Assembly (NCBI GenBank): GCA_028534125.1
Contig: CM052816.1
Coordinates: 95,296,001 to 95,360,000 of the forward strand
Length of the DNA stretch: 64,000 nt
Reading direction: 5' to 3'
DNA from: Lama glama
Lineage: Eukaryota
How positions within the stretch are numbered: position 1 is the stretch's first letter; each line of letters starts with the position of its first letter. A program made the translations under genes and the position numbers. The notes under the pieces are model-generated. The model was not told where the DNA came from and did no database searches. It saw nothing but the letters and a program-made list of their open reading frames with translations. Shown here in pieces: positions 51,408 to 63,055 of the stretch.

Positions 51408-51892
51408 CGCTCTCCGCAGGCCAGGACTGGGCTGGGAAGAATCTAGGTGTGCTGCGGCGGGAGGAAGGGCGGTTCGGTCAGCCTGGGGCGCCCGGACAGC
51501 CGCGACGGCCAAGGGGTTCAGAGGCCGGCCCGCTGGCTCTCCTTTGGGTTTGGGGCCAGGCCGGGGTCTGGGCTCCCGATTTTGGAGCCTAGTCGGGGAC
51601 GGTGGTCAGGGATGGGGCCCGGGCCTGGGACCCGGAACCAGGCTGGGGTCCTGGGTTTAAACGGCGCCAGGCCCGGCCACCCGCCTTCCCCCGGGTTTGG
51701 GGTGGGGACGGGGGCCAGGCAGGAGTCTTAGGTTTGGCGGCGACCCAAGAGGCCGGCTTCACGAGGCATGGGCGACTGGCGAGGACTCTTACCCGCGCCT
51801 CCTCGGGCTCCTCGGAAATGAGGGCCAACCGCCCGCTCTAGCTATAAGCTCAGACCGGCAACTGGAGCGCAAGCCGCGGTTGTTTCGCAGCG

Positions 51893-51905
51893 GTATCCAG
51901 GCAAC
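51893..51905. promoter_or_regulatory. Candidate RFX X-box
   Basis: GTATCCAGGCAAC fits GTNNCC-N-RGYAAC and lies within the promoter of a motile-cilia/flagellar gene. Confidence 0.55.
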
Positions 51906-53359
51906 CGAGACGCGAGCGGGCCCCGCCCCCTGGAACCGCACACGCGCACAAACCCCGGGTCGAGGCTGGTCTCCCTCCAGCGCGGGGTGGGAGGGGCAAT
52001 GCGTTTGCGCAGTTTGGCTTTGCTCCCACCCCGGCTTAGCATTAATAGTTTACAGCTTCACAAGGGGAACGTTTCACTTACGAAAGGTCCATTTGATCGA
52101 TTTTCCATTGCCAAATGTGAGCAGCGAATTCACAAAGGACCCTCCCCCGCCCCTTTCCTTTGCTCAGTCTCCGCGAAGCTTTGAAACAAGATATACCTCG
52201 TGTCCTCCAAAGTAGGAAGCAAAATGGTGGAGGCCTGTCTGTGCACGCGGCACGAGCCTCCCTAAAGGAATTTGGCCCCTGCCTTCCCGGCGGGCTTGGT
52301 TCATCCTGCAAGTGCCCCTGCAGTTTGTCCAAGATGTGTGCGACCTCAGTGCCTTCGCACGTGCTGTTCCCACTGCCCAATCGGTACCCCTTAGTGTACT
52401 GATTTTTCAGATCGCTATTTAAAAGCCACTTAGTGGGCAGTTTCCAGCCAAAAAGAGGATTCTATTTAACTTGTTTTCCTAAGTAAGATAGGTGGTTTAG
52501 CCAATCTAATTGGGTCTAGGAGAAAATAAGCCACCTTTTCCCAGTTACTTTGGGTAGGAGAAACTGTTCCATTCTGACCAGGACAGCATACAAGGTGTGA
52601 ACCTAGCCTGGCCAGCTGCTGCAGCTGCCCTTAACACTCACACTAAATGAAACAAGCCCTGAGACCCACTTCCGCTTGACAAGAAGATAACTAGAATGAG
52701 CTATTTCCAGGAGGGGCCAAGATGACAAGCCCACGTTCCTTTCCTAGAGACATCAAGCTCTAAACACAACTCCTCTGTCTGGGCAACTTACCTACCAAAT
52801 GAAGACACACACATTTCCAAATTAACGGTTATTTGCAAAACTGAACACAGGCACTATTTAATGTTGATGATGATATGGGAAAACGAGGAACCTCATACAC
52901 TGAGGAGAGAGGAGTGTTAACTGGTATATTTGGGGGCCATGTGGCACTTTAAACATGTTTAATGATTTAGCAGCCTTACTTCTAGGAAGTTATCCTACAG
53001 GAATACTAGCCTACAGAAATACTAGTAAAGTAATATGGACAACAATGTTTACTGTAGCGTATAATAAAATGAGTTAACTTTCAGAAAACTTAAATCATAA
53101 TCTTACCCGCACAATGGAACACAATACAGCCAAAATTTTTAATGGAGTAGCTACTTATGTACTGACACAAACAGATGTTCAGAAACGGTGAAAGAAAACT
53201 CCGTGCAGTGCAGCCCAGGGCGTGTGCACCTGTGTGGATAAAAGGGTCCGTGAACCTATGCTTAGGGAGAGCACAGCCTGGAAGCCGACACCACACTACC
53301 GACAGTGCTCACCGCTGGAGGATGGCTTTCAGATTTTATTTTAATCATATATACATTAT

Positions 53360-53900
53360 TTTGGTTCTGATTCATTCATTTATTTACTCAACAATATTTA
53401 TTGAATGCCAAATATATCCCAAGACTGCCTGGAATACAGTAGTAATCCCCAAATAATTAAGGGAAAACAGGGAAAAAAAAAAAACCTCTGGAGCCTACAT
53501 TCCAAGTGAGGGAAAACATGCAAATGTAAACAAGATAAATAAACTGTACAGCATGTTGATAAATATGAAAGAGAAAAATAGAGTAGAACAGAGGAATGGC
53601 CCAGTAGCTACAATTTTAAATAAGCCTCCCTTAAAGACATTTTAGTAAAGAAATGAGGATGGGGAGACATTAAGGCATGGCAAATAGAAGTGCAAAGGCC
53701 CTGATGTTTGAAAAGGAGAGGCTGCCTGGAGCAAAGTAAACACCGCGCGTGATGGGCCAGACAATGTGAACTTGTGAAAAGTTCTGCTGTGATTGCTTCT
53801 AAGTGAAGTATGAATAAAAATCATCAGCCAAAAGTGAGAAAGGAGATGGCACTCTGAGGTAAGAGAAAGGGTAGGTTGGAGAGAATGTATGAACATATTA
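53360..53900 (-). mobile_element. L2 3' end
   Basis: TTCATTCATTTATTTACTCAACAATATTTATTGAATGCC tail and AAGTGCAAAGGCCCTGA. Confidence 0.65.
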
Positions 53901-53904
53901 CTTT

Positions 53905-55180
53905 AAAAACTGAGGTGTAATTAACATGCATGAATTGCACGAGTATAAACTCTACAATTCTGTGAGTTCTGGGATGTATATACATGTCAAACCAGAACAC
54001 CGTCAAGATGGTGAACGCGTCCATCACACACATGCATCCTTCCGCCCCGCTTATGTGCCTTTGAAACCCCTCCGAGTCCCTCCTTGCCAAGCCCCACCCG
54101 CACTGATCTGCTTTCTAGATTTCCGTAGGTTACTTTGTATTTTCTAGAATTTTATATAAATGAAAGCATACTATACATTTTTAGTATACCTTCACTCAGC
54201 ACAATCATTTTGAGATTTGTTCATGTTGCATATACCAATAGTGATTTCCTTTTTGTTGCTGAGCAACATCCCACTGTATGGATAATCATTTATCCATTCA
54301 CCTGTTGATGAGCACGTGGGTTGTTTCCAGCTTTGGGTTATTACAAATAAAGCTACTTTGAACACTCATGTCTAAGTCCTCATAAGGACTTACGTCTTCT
54401 TTTCTTTTGGTAAATAACTAATAGTAGTAAGTACATATTTTAACCTTTAAAGAACTGCCCAACTCTCTTCCGTAGTTGTACCACTTTACATTCCCTCTAG
54501 CAGGTTATGAGCGTTCCAGTCTCTCCAGGTCCTCACCATCACATGGTATGTATGGTATTTTTAATTTTAGCCATTCAAATATACATGTAGTGGTCATCTC
54601 ACTGTAGTTTTCATGTGCATTTTCTTTATGGCTAATTATGTTGAACATTTTCTCATGTGTTTACTTGCCATCTATTTTTCGTTTGCAGTGAAGTACATTT
54701 AAATATTTTGTCCATTTTTTTAAAATAGGAAAATAGGTTTTCCTACTACCAAGTTTAGAGACTCCTTTACTTCAAATGCGTTTCCTTTATCAGAAATGTT
54801 TTGTAAACATTTTCTGCCACTCCATGACTTGTCTTTTTGTTTTCTAAACTGTGAATTTCAAAGAGCAGAGGTTCTCAATATTGATAAAGCCCAATTCGTC
54901 AAATTCTTCTTCTATGGATGGTGCTTTAGGGGTTGTAACCCAGGATTATTTTCCGCTTTGTCTTCTTCACATATAGTTACGGATCTTACATTTAGGACTA
55001 CAGTCCATTTGGAGTTAATTTTTGCAAATTTGAGATATGGATCAATTTTTAATTTTGCATCTGGATGTTCAATTATTCCAGCACCATTTATTGGACTTCT
55101 GCACCTCTGTGAAAAAGCAGCTCTCCATGTATGTGTAAGTCTATTTCTGGACTGTCTATTATGCTCCATCAAACCAATGC
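53905..55180 (-). mobile_element. Old L1M fragment (antisense)
   Basis: TATCCATTCACCTGTTGATG..TGGGTTGTTTCCAG..TTAATTTTAGCCATTC. ORF 54912..55172 is L1 ORF2-like (FAKINSKW). Confidence 0.8.
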
Positions 55181-56519
55181 ATCTGTGCGGCTAGCAGAAG
55201 GGACTGATTCAGATAAGCAAAGAACAAAGGAGGGAATGAATTGGGGTTCCCAGATATAAAGCTTCTTGTCCTTAAGAAAAGTTACTAAACAAACACGGAA
55301 AAGCAGAAAGACAGTGCACTGTTACTCATGTAAAGGAAATTTCACAAAGATGATGATTAAACAACGTGAAGTGCTATAGAAAGGGGCCTCACCAGGTTAC
55401 TGACTGTTGACATATGAAGTTTTAGTGCCACATGGGACTGGCAGAAGCAGACTGCAGGGGGTGACAGAGGACATGTGGGGTGTGGGACGAGGGGTGACGA
55501 CATATACAAAACAGTAATCAAGGATACAGCCAGGTTATCACAGACTCCACAGGTGGATCCTTTCTCTGTGTTCCTCGTGGCATTTTATCCCTACCGACAA
55601 TAGTATCTTTGGCTCATTTTCCTGTTCTTTTCCATTCTAACTGGGCTCCCTGAAGGCAGACCCCATACTTCGCTCAACTACAGTACTAAGTACAGCGCTA
55701 GAAACAAGACACAAAACAAAACAAAAACGGGGTGGATGGGGGAATGCTACCTCCTCAGAGCCTTATTTCACTTGTCATGTTGGTTCTGTCTGCAAGAGCG
55801 GCTGCACACTGCACAGTGGGCGGAGGGAATTAATGACCACTTTCTGAGATTCACTGTACAATTCCCTTTGCTGTAAAATTTCAACTTCACAGATTACAAA
55901 CGCTCTAGGTTCAAACAGCATTTCGCCTACCACCACTGCATTTAAAAGAAATAAAATAGCACTTGATATTTTAAAAATCATAGAAGAAAGTTTTGAACCT
56001 AGAAACAAAGAAAAATCAGAAACAAAAGACCTCTTCACAAAGGGCACTCAGGAGGAAAAGATCTCACACGAGCCTCTCCTTTTTCTCTGACACACGTGTA
56101 TGATCAGCATGTAAAATGGGCTTGATTGGTTTTACCCTAACCAAGTCTCCATTTAAGACACAACCCGGTGAAGCCTGACACTTGGACAGCACAGCGGAGG
56201 CGCAGAGGTGGGTGGCACCTCGCCTGCAGCACAGGAAGACAGGTCTCACTCTGCTCAGTGAGGATGGTCTCCAGGCACAGCAGATGGAGGGAGGGGGATG
56301 GTGTGTCTTCTGCAACTGCACTTTCAAATTCATACTTAGAACAGAGGGGCTATAATCATATGTAACTTGAGTTCTTTTTCTTATATAATTATTATTTTTT
56401 TAACAATCTGGATTATGTACCTATGCCAGCTAATAATGCACATTTCTGTAATTCTGAAGCAATCTTGCAACAAAGCAAAAATAAACAAACCAAAAAAAAA
56501 CTAGGCTACAACTAACATT

Positions 56520-56525
56520 TTTATT
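56520..56525 (-). terminator. MARCHF6: MARCHF6 polyadenylation signal AATAAA
   Basis: AATAAA on - is followed ~20 nt later by TTTTTTTTTGGTTTGTTTATTTTTG, a typical downstream element. Confidence 0.65.
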
Positions 56526-57200
56526 CAATTTTTTTCTCTCAACTTGGAAAGAAACAAACGACCACATAAAAAAGGGAGCACTTTAGAATATATACACATG
56601 AGGTTGGTCTGGGTATCTAAGGTGCTTAGAAAACTGACATCTAACTAAGTAAGTGTTCTATTTTTTTAGCTTCTACAACGGTCATTTCTAGGCCTTATGG
56701 TCATTACATTTTCAGTTAAGGTACTATATTAATTTCACGACTACAAAATGAAGCACTCAAACAAAATAGATGGGAATGAAAACATGTATCCTGTCTTACC
56801 TTTATGTTGTATTAAATGCCAAAGATATTGTTGGGGGTTATCTGAAAGAAACCCTTACTCCTGATGGCTGTTCTAAAAATGACAAAAGGCGGTAAAGCAT
56901 TGAAAGGAAAACATCCAACTAAGAGGCAAATAAATGAAGGAAATACAAGGAAGTTAGACCATCTATACAAATGAGGCCTCTAATAACACTTCAGTGGGAA
57001 GACATTTGTTTTCCTCTTGGCAGCGACTGAATAGGTGACATTCTGAAGGGGTACTTTAAACATAACCATTTAATTTACAATATAAAAAACATCACAGTAA
57101 GTAGAGAGCGCAGTCCTGAAAATGAGAATAAGCAGCTCACTTGCAATGTTCAAAAAAGTGCCCACGTTCCTGACTGGTGCTACCTTCTCCACAGCGCGTG

Positions 57201-57220
57201 AGGGAGGGAGGGAGGGAGGG
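57201..57220 (+). repeat. (AGGG)5 microsatellite in the MARCHF6 3' UTR
   Basis: AGGGAGGGAGGGAGGGAGGG, which reads (CCCU)n on the mRNA. Confidence 0.9.
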
Positions 57221-60090
57221 TGTGTGTTTGCAAACACAATACAATGTAAAAATGTCCAGGTTCCTATTTGTTTTGTTTTAAAAAGGTCATCAATTCAACC
57301 TAAATTCAACAATTACACTTTAAGAGTAGCATTTTGACAATACAGAAATGATATCTAAGATCAAATCATTTGAGAAAACGTTATTCTCTATTATTTGAAC
57401 AAGGGAAAGAAAAAACACAAGACAAGAATCCACAGTAATAACAGTTATATTAAATGTTGAAATAAAAATTACTTTTCATTTACATATGGAATTGAGATGT
57501 CCAATCTCCATTGTTTCTCCAGAAAACAGGAAAAAATTTACCTAAAAACACGGAACTTTTTTAAGGCTAGCTATAGACAAACTTCACATTGGCATTTTCT
57601 TCAGTTTTCATCTCAACTATTAGTACTTAATAGTTTAAAAATCAAACATAATTTGCTAGTAATGCACAACTGCACACTTCATACTATGACCATTTGATAA
57701 CTGGTCATGTAAAACTAACCCCAAATGTTGATTTGTCTTCAATTTATAAACAGTAAAAATAAAGCAAAAAGGTCTTTTTTCCTAACTTACTTCCTTGAAG
57801 ACAGTTTTAGCCCAATGTAACATGAAGCAAAGCTACACTATTATTTTTTAAAAATTCTACATGAAGAAGGGCAGCAATACTAGCACTTTCTGAACTAGAG
57901 ATTTTAAATATTTATAAGACTACTGGTTAATAATAAAACCTTGATGCTACCCAAGTAAATAGTATGCCAGCAAATGCTTTCCTTATGAAAGTATTCACCT
58001 TATTGAAAACAACAGGACAAAGTACAACTGGAAAACCAGGGGAAATCCTTAAGACAAGATAAAGTTATCTGCCAGTGAAATGGAGGGCAACTTTTTGGCC
58101 ATTCTTTTTTTTTCCTTTTCCTTTTTTTTTTTTTTTTTTAACAAAATATCTGATAAGATTCATTTAAAATTTTGTAGAATAACAATTTTTAATCTTTTGT
58201 GGTATCTGCTTAGATCTCTTTCTGGTAAAACAGATAAATGTGTTTCAATGACTTTATATCAAGATCTACAAATTCTCTGAAAAATTAAAAAAAAACTTAA
58301 AATTGACATAATCAATTTAGATGCCCAATTTGGTAACATTTTTCTCCCAAGGAGAACAATTTATATAGACATACGCCATGACAGGTGGCATTATGTTTAA
58401 AACGCTCCTAATTTTTACAATAGGACTAAATTTCTAAGTAAAGGTAGGGCTAGCAAAGACCTTATTTCAAATATGAGAAAGGGGCACTACAAAGTGCCAA
58501 AACCTGTAACACTGAATCCTGTATCAGACTTTTTTTTTTGATACTGGTGTTTTAAAATATGTTTTAAAGTAATTGCTTACCACTTTAGAAAAAACTGTTG
58601 AAATATAAAGCAACTAGAACACGTTGCTTTTGATTTTGGTAGCTTATGCTTGACTGACTCTTGTATTTTAAAAATCCCTAGACTTAAGCCTAAGGGTTTT
58701 AATACTATATGGAAATTCCTTTATGGTTTCTTAAGACCTATGCTGTCCCTTTTTTTCTGAGAACTTCTAAATTATCACTCAAAAGCAAACACTACGCTTA
58801 CAACATACCAGTACCATTAAACACTCGGATCACATGCCCATTCTATTCCCCTACACTTCTAATTTGAAGCTCTGGTTATAAGAGAAAACCAAGTTTGTAA
58901 GTGTTTAGTTTTCTGAGATTTTACAGCATGTTTCCAATGAAATACACTCTGTACTCCTATGTAAAAAGGCCAGCTCAGCCAGCTTCCTTCTGGTCAAATA
59001 AAATCAAGTTGGTTTTATTTGTAGTTTTATTCTGTAAACAAAAAGCTTTGGAACCTTTGGAGAAATGCACTGCCCTAATCCTCACCTAATGATGCACGAA
59101 CCAGCAGGACCAAGGGTTCTAACCAGTCTTCTCTAATGCTGTCAATCTAAGATCACAAACCTCATCTACAATTAACAAACATTTCAGTACATCCCTATCC
59201 CAGGCAGATGCAGTATCACTGATGGAGTTATTCAAAATTTATGATCTTGCATGAAAGACAGCTGTGTGTGGAAAAAAATGGGGCTGGGGAACCTAAAGAA
59301 AAATCTTCTTTTGGACTTTTTTTTTCTCTAAGTACAGACATGCCCCTAACAAGCACAAAAACCCAACTCCCAATGCTGATCACTAGGAATATTAAATTAT
59401 CAAAATTAAAAATAATTTCCTCACCTAGCACAAGATACTATACAATATTACAAACACAGACACATGAAAAAAAACAGGCAATAGAAAATGTACAACAGCT
59501 TTGGTGTTACACAGAACAACCTCCAAAAACGACTGACAGTGAAGCCCAAGCTCGTGTTTTCTTACCACAGACACTCCGCTGCTGACTTCTACTTGTTTCC
59601 TTTTACGTCCTTGGTAAGGTCTGAACAGCCAAGAGAGACAGAATGTACAGTTTACTTAATAAGAACTGCTAATAACACCGTGACAATGTGTTCCAAAAGA
59701 CATCATGTAAGTCTTGCCTCTGCCCTATGGCTCTGTGGCACATTTCCTGTCAAGATCACAGCAGGTCCAAAATAAAGTGACAACTAGATTTAATAAATTA
59801 ATATACATTTTGTTTAAAGATGTACAATGCACATTCTGTTTAATCCCAGGTTTCAGGGTATCCAGGAACTTCTATTTACACATATACAGACCTCAGACAG
59901 CAGTGATGTCAGGAGACACGGGAGGGGCAGCAGCCCTGGTACTGCTGCTCTCTGAATGCTGGGAACGCAAGTCAAATACATTTAACTTAAAACAATGCTG
60001 AGAGATCACTGGGAAAATCTCCAAAGAGAGAAGTCCACAAAAAAGGACACGTGAAGGCAAGGGGAAGGTCAAGGCAGCCGAGACACCGCT

Positions 60091-60181
60091 TTATTCTTGG
60101 GACGACTGTGGAGGTGGCGGAGATGTGCCCTGTTTGCCAGACTTCCGTTCGTAGTTCACGAGGCGCTGGCCCACAAGGTAC
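60091..60181 (-). CDS. MARCHF6: MARCHF6 last coding exon
   Basis: Acceptor CCCAG|G. Encodes YLVGQRLVNYERKSGKQGTSPPPPQSSQE-TAA, the MARCHF6 C-terminus including the conserved YLVGQRLVNY element. Confidence 0.97.
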
Positions 60182-60780
60182 CTGGGTTGGAAAGACAGGG
60201 TGGTTACTCTCTGACATGATCTTACTTAAACATTCTTCCGGTACATTTTTTACAATGTAAATTAAATCACTTCACTCCCACTTAAAACCCTTTAACAGTT
60301 TCGCAGGTAGAAAGGAGTCTAGAATGAACACCTGCAAAAGGCACAGAAGCAGGCTCCGCACAGCAAGGTGCGGCTTACGGGAAGACAGGAGAGCAGCGGC
60401 GGTCAGGAGGCCCCAGATGCAGTGCGGTAGCCACAGTGCGGGCTCTGGGCACAGGTCAAGGGCTCCCAGAAACTCGGGCACTCAGAGGCCAGAGTGAGGC
60501 TAAGGCAGTATCAACTTATTTAAGGGACTTATCTGTGTGGATCATGTTTTATAAAACAGCTTAGTGGACAGGGCTGAAGAAATGGACTGGAAATATGATA
60601 ATTAGGAAGCGGGGCAGGGAGGAGAGGAAATCCTGAAGAGCTCCAGTTCTGGAGAAAAGGAAGAATCAAAGGACAAGGTTTCACGGGGATCAAAGGGAGA
60701 TGGCAGAGAAGTGAGTGAGTGCGAGCAGCTGACACAGGGTAGGTGGTTATGGTCCAAGCAAGAGTATTAATAAGTTGACA

Positions 60781-60818
60781 GGTAGATCAGCCGGTGGACC
60801 AAGTTCTGCATTTCCACA
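60781..60818 (-). repeat. 38-bp duplicate of MARCHF6 exonic sequence 63011-63048 inside the last intron
   Basis: GGTAGATCAGCCGGTGGACCAAGTTCTGCATTTCCACA vs GGTAGATCCGCCGGTGGACCAAGTTTTGCATTTCCGCA; 35/38 identical. Confidence 0.9.
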
Positions 60819-62174
60819 TTTCCAAACTTAAGTGATGTGGTTACAGGGAGGTTATGGCAAAAGGCACGGGACTGTATAAACAGAGACAAGGCTGGAGGCC
60901 CCCCCCACCAGGATTCTCATCCCCATGATGATGGCAGGAGGGGGGAAGGAGAAGCAGTGATGTGAATCCCTAACTTCAGGGGAATGGCCTGGAGGACAGT
61001 GGGTGACAAAAATGATGCCAACAAACTGGAAGGGGCTGGGGTACACATAGGCACTGGGACCCAGCAATGCAGATCAAGGAGTGCCCAGTAAGACTTCACA
61101 CATCTGCGTGAGAGGAGAGAATGAAGCCAGCGCGTGACAGGCTGCCAGGGAGCTGAGGGCTCTGAGACGCGGGCTGCTCCACAGTATGATGAGAACCGCA
61201 GCCCTGTGTCCTGCGACTGCTCTCGGGAGCAGAAGACTCGCCAAAGCTCTGGTAACAAAGGCCTGGCAAGTGCTGAGGGCTCGGTGTGCCAACTTTCACT
61301 TTTCACCATGATGTTCTCCACCCTGGCTCTCAGCTATCACTTTTCTGTCAACACATAAAAGCCTAATGAGGTGCTTTGGCAGTTTATGCCAAGTAGCTTA
61401 ACATCTCACCTTTTAAAAACATTCCACTAATCCCACTGCTTCTATATCCATGATCCCACTGTTTAATCCCTTTTCTTTTTGTCTTCCTGATTCTATTCCT
61501 GAAGCAAACTGTTCCTTACCCTACTGTTCCCCAATCAACCAGTTTTTTTTCAAAGTGTGAGAATTCTGTAAATGTTTTGAACAATGACTACTCAGCAGTA
61601 TCTGACATAATACACTTGGCACTACTTTCACACACACACAATCACAAATCGTATCAAAATATCAAGTGTAGAGAAAAGCAAAGTAAACTTGCCCAGGACC
61701 AAGAAGTAACTCAGTGGCAGAAAAAGGAGACTCTACTCACACCTAGCTCTATTCCCTAGCCCCTTCTCGTGCCCCCAACCCCACACACATGCACGCTCGG
61801 TGCCCCTGGCGATCAAGCACTGTGAGAGAGTGGACAGCCAGGGACAAGCAAGACAGATCCCTGATGGAGCCTGCAGTTCAACCGCTTTCTGCAGGAAGAC
61901 AGAGATGGGGAAACAGAGCGTATTGGGCTTCAGGAAGCTGCCGAGGGTGTGTCTCTTTTGCATTACTGCAGTATTTACTGCTGCGCCAAAACAAGCGAAG
62001 TGAGAAAAACTGACTTTCATCACTGAAATCCCCCTCCCCATTCTTTCATGGTTGACAGAACTCAGCACTCTAAGTGTTCCAGTGTTTATTACCATCAGTA
62101 CAAGTGCTAGAGAAGCCCTGAACACTCTAAATTTCATTCTCAAAAATACTACTCTTTAGAGTCCTCAGAGTAAA

Positions 62175-62305
62175 CAAGGTGACCGTGTAATTCGCTGTCC
62201 AAAGCCGGCACTCAGGGGTAAAAGAGGGCGCTGTTAACAGTGACAGGAAGGCGGCATGCGTACACTGGGGCTCTCCTGGGCAAACCAGGATGGATGGTCA
62301 CAACT
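62175..62305 (+). mobile_element. MER81-like hAT-Blackjack MITE
   Basis: GGTGACCGTGTAATT..GTCCAAA..GAGGGCGCTGTTAA..CCTGGGCAAACCAGGATGGATGGTCAC resembles the consensus. Confidence 0.65.
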
Positions 62306-62919
62306 TCCTTTCTCTGTGAGACACCATCTAAAGCAGAAGAGGATCCAGCCTCCCATCAGGACATGGAGAGTCAAATGGCTGTTATCCCCAGAAGGTGCTC
62401 TCTTTGGCTGTTCTCAATTTCTCCCTGAGGTCAGGCAGCAGTTTCCTCAGAACAGGGGCACCATGACACTTCTGCAGTAACTTTACAGCCTCTCTGGGCA
62501 ATGGTCAGAGTGAGCCTATGGCCCTTGGTTGTAAGAAGGGCTTGCAAGAAGGCAGGCGCCGCTAATTCCTAACGCAGCCTTCTTGTTTTTACCTAGAACT
62601 AATATACTGTCAAAACAAAACATCTGAAAACAGACTGAAAATTATTTGAAATGGATATTAAAAATTCTTCTTCTCTAGTTTTTCCCAGTCTTTTTCATCT
62701 CCATAAATGACAACTCATATTGCCAGCTGCCTGACACAGCCAAGCCCTTGATAATCCTTGTTCACATCCTACATCCAACCTGTTAGCAAATCTGTTTACC
62801 TCAAAACATATCCAGAATCTGAGCACTTTTCCCTCCTGTGATTTATTACTTTAGACACAAAAATTAAGAAATAAGACATCTTAACAAGAGCAGCCAGATG
62901 AGGAGAAGTCCAGACTTAC

Positions 62920-63055
62920 TTGTCATTTTTAATATGTTCATAAAGGCGCTTAAACTGGCGGACTTGAAAGGACAGGATTCCCATCAGTACCACGACCATC
63001 AGTAAAAATGGGTAGATCCGCCGGTGGACCAAGTTTTGCATTTCCGCAGTAACAC
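62920..63055 (-). CDS. MARCHF6: MARCHF6 penultimate coding exon (ER membrane RING-CH E3 ligase, TEB4/Doa10 ortholog)
   Basis: Acceptor TACAG|GT and donor AA|GTAAGT; 136 nt. Encodes VTAEMQNLVHRRIYPFLLMVVVLMGILSFQVRQFKRLYEHIKND(K). Confidence 0.97.

Larger units (their letters stand above)
51170..52010. promoter_or_regulatory. ROPN1L: CpG island / promoter of ROPN1L
   Basis: Dense CpG and GC content spans exon 1 and ~600 bp upstream, with a GC box (CCCCGCCCC, 51921-51929). Boundaries are approximate. Confidence 0.85.
56500..60090 (-). other. MARCHF6: MARCHF6 3' UTR (~3.6 kb)
   Basis: U-rich on the mRNA strand, with no obvious interspersed repeats, running from the stop codon to an AATAAA followed by a U/GU-rich element. 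The end position is approximate. Confidence 0.75.

Noticed and set aside
51408..51512. 35-codon N-terminal extension of ROPN1L in the ORF track
   Set aside because: It starts at TTG, and the known protein begins at MPLPDTMF (51407). An open frame is expected in a GC-rich 5' region.
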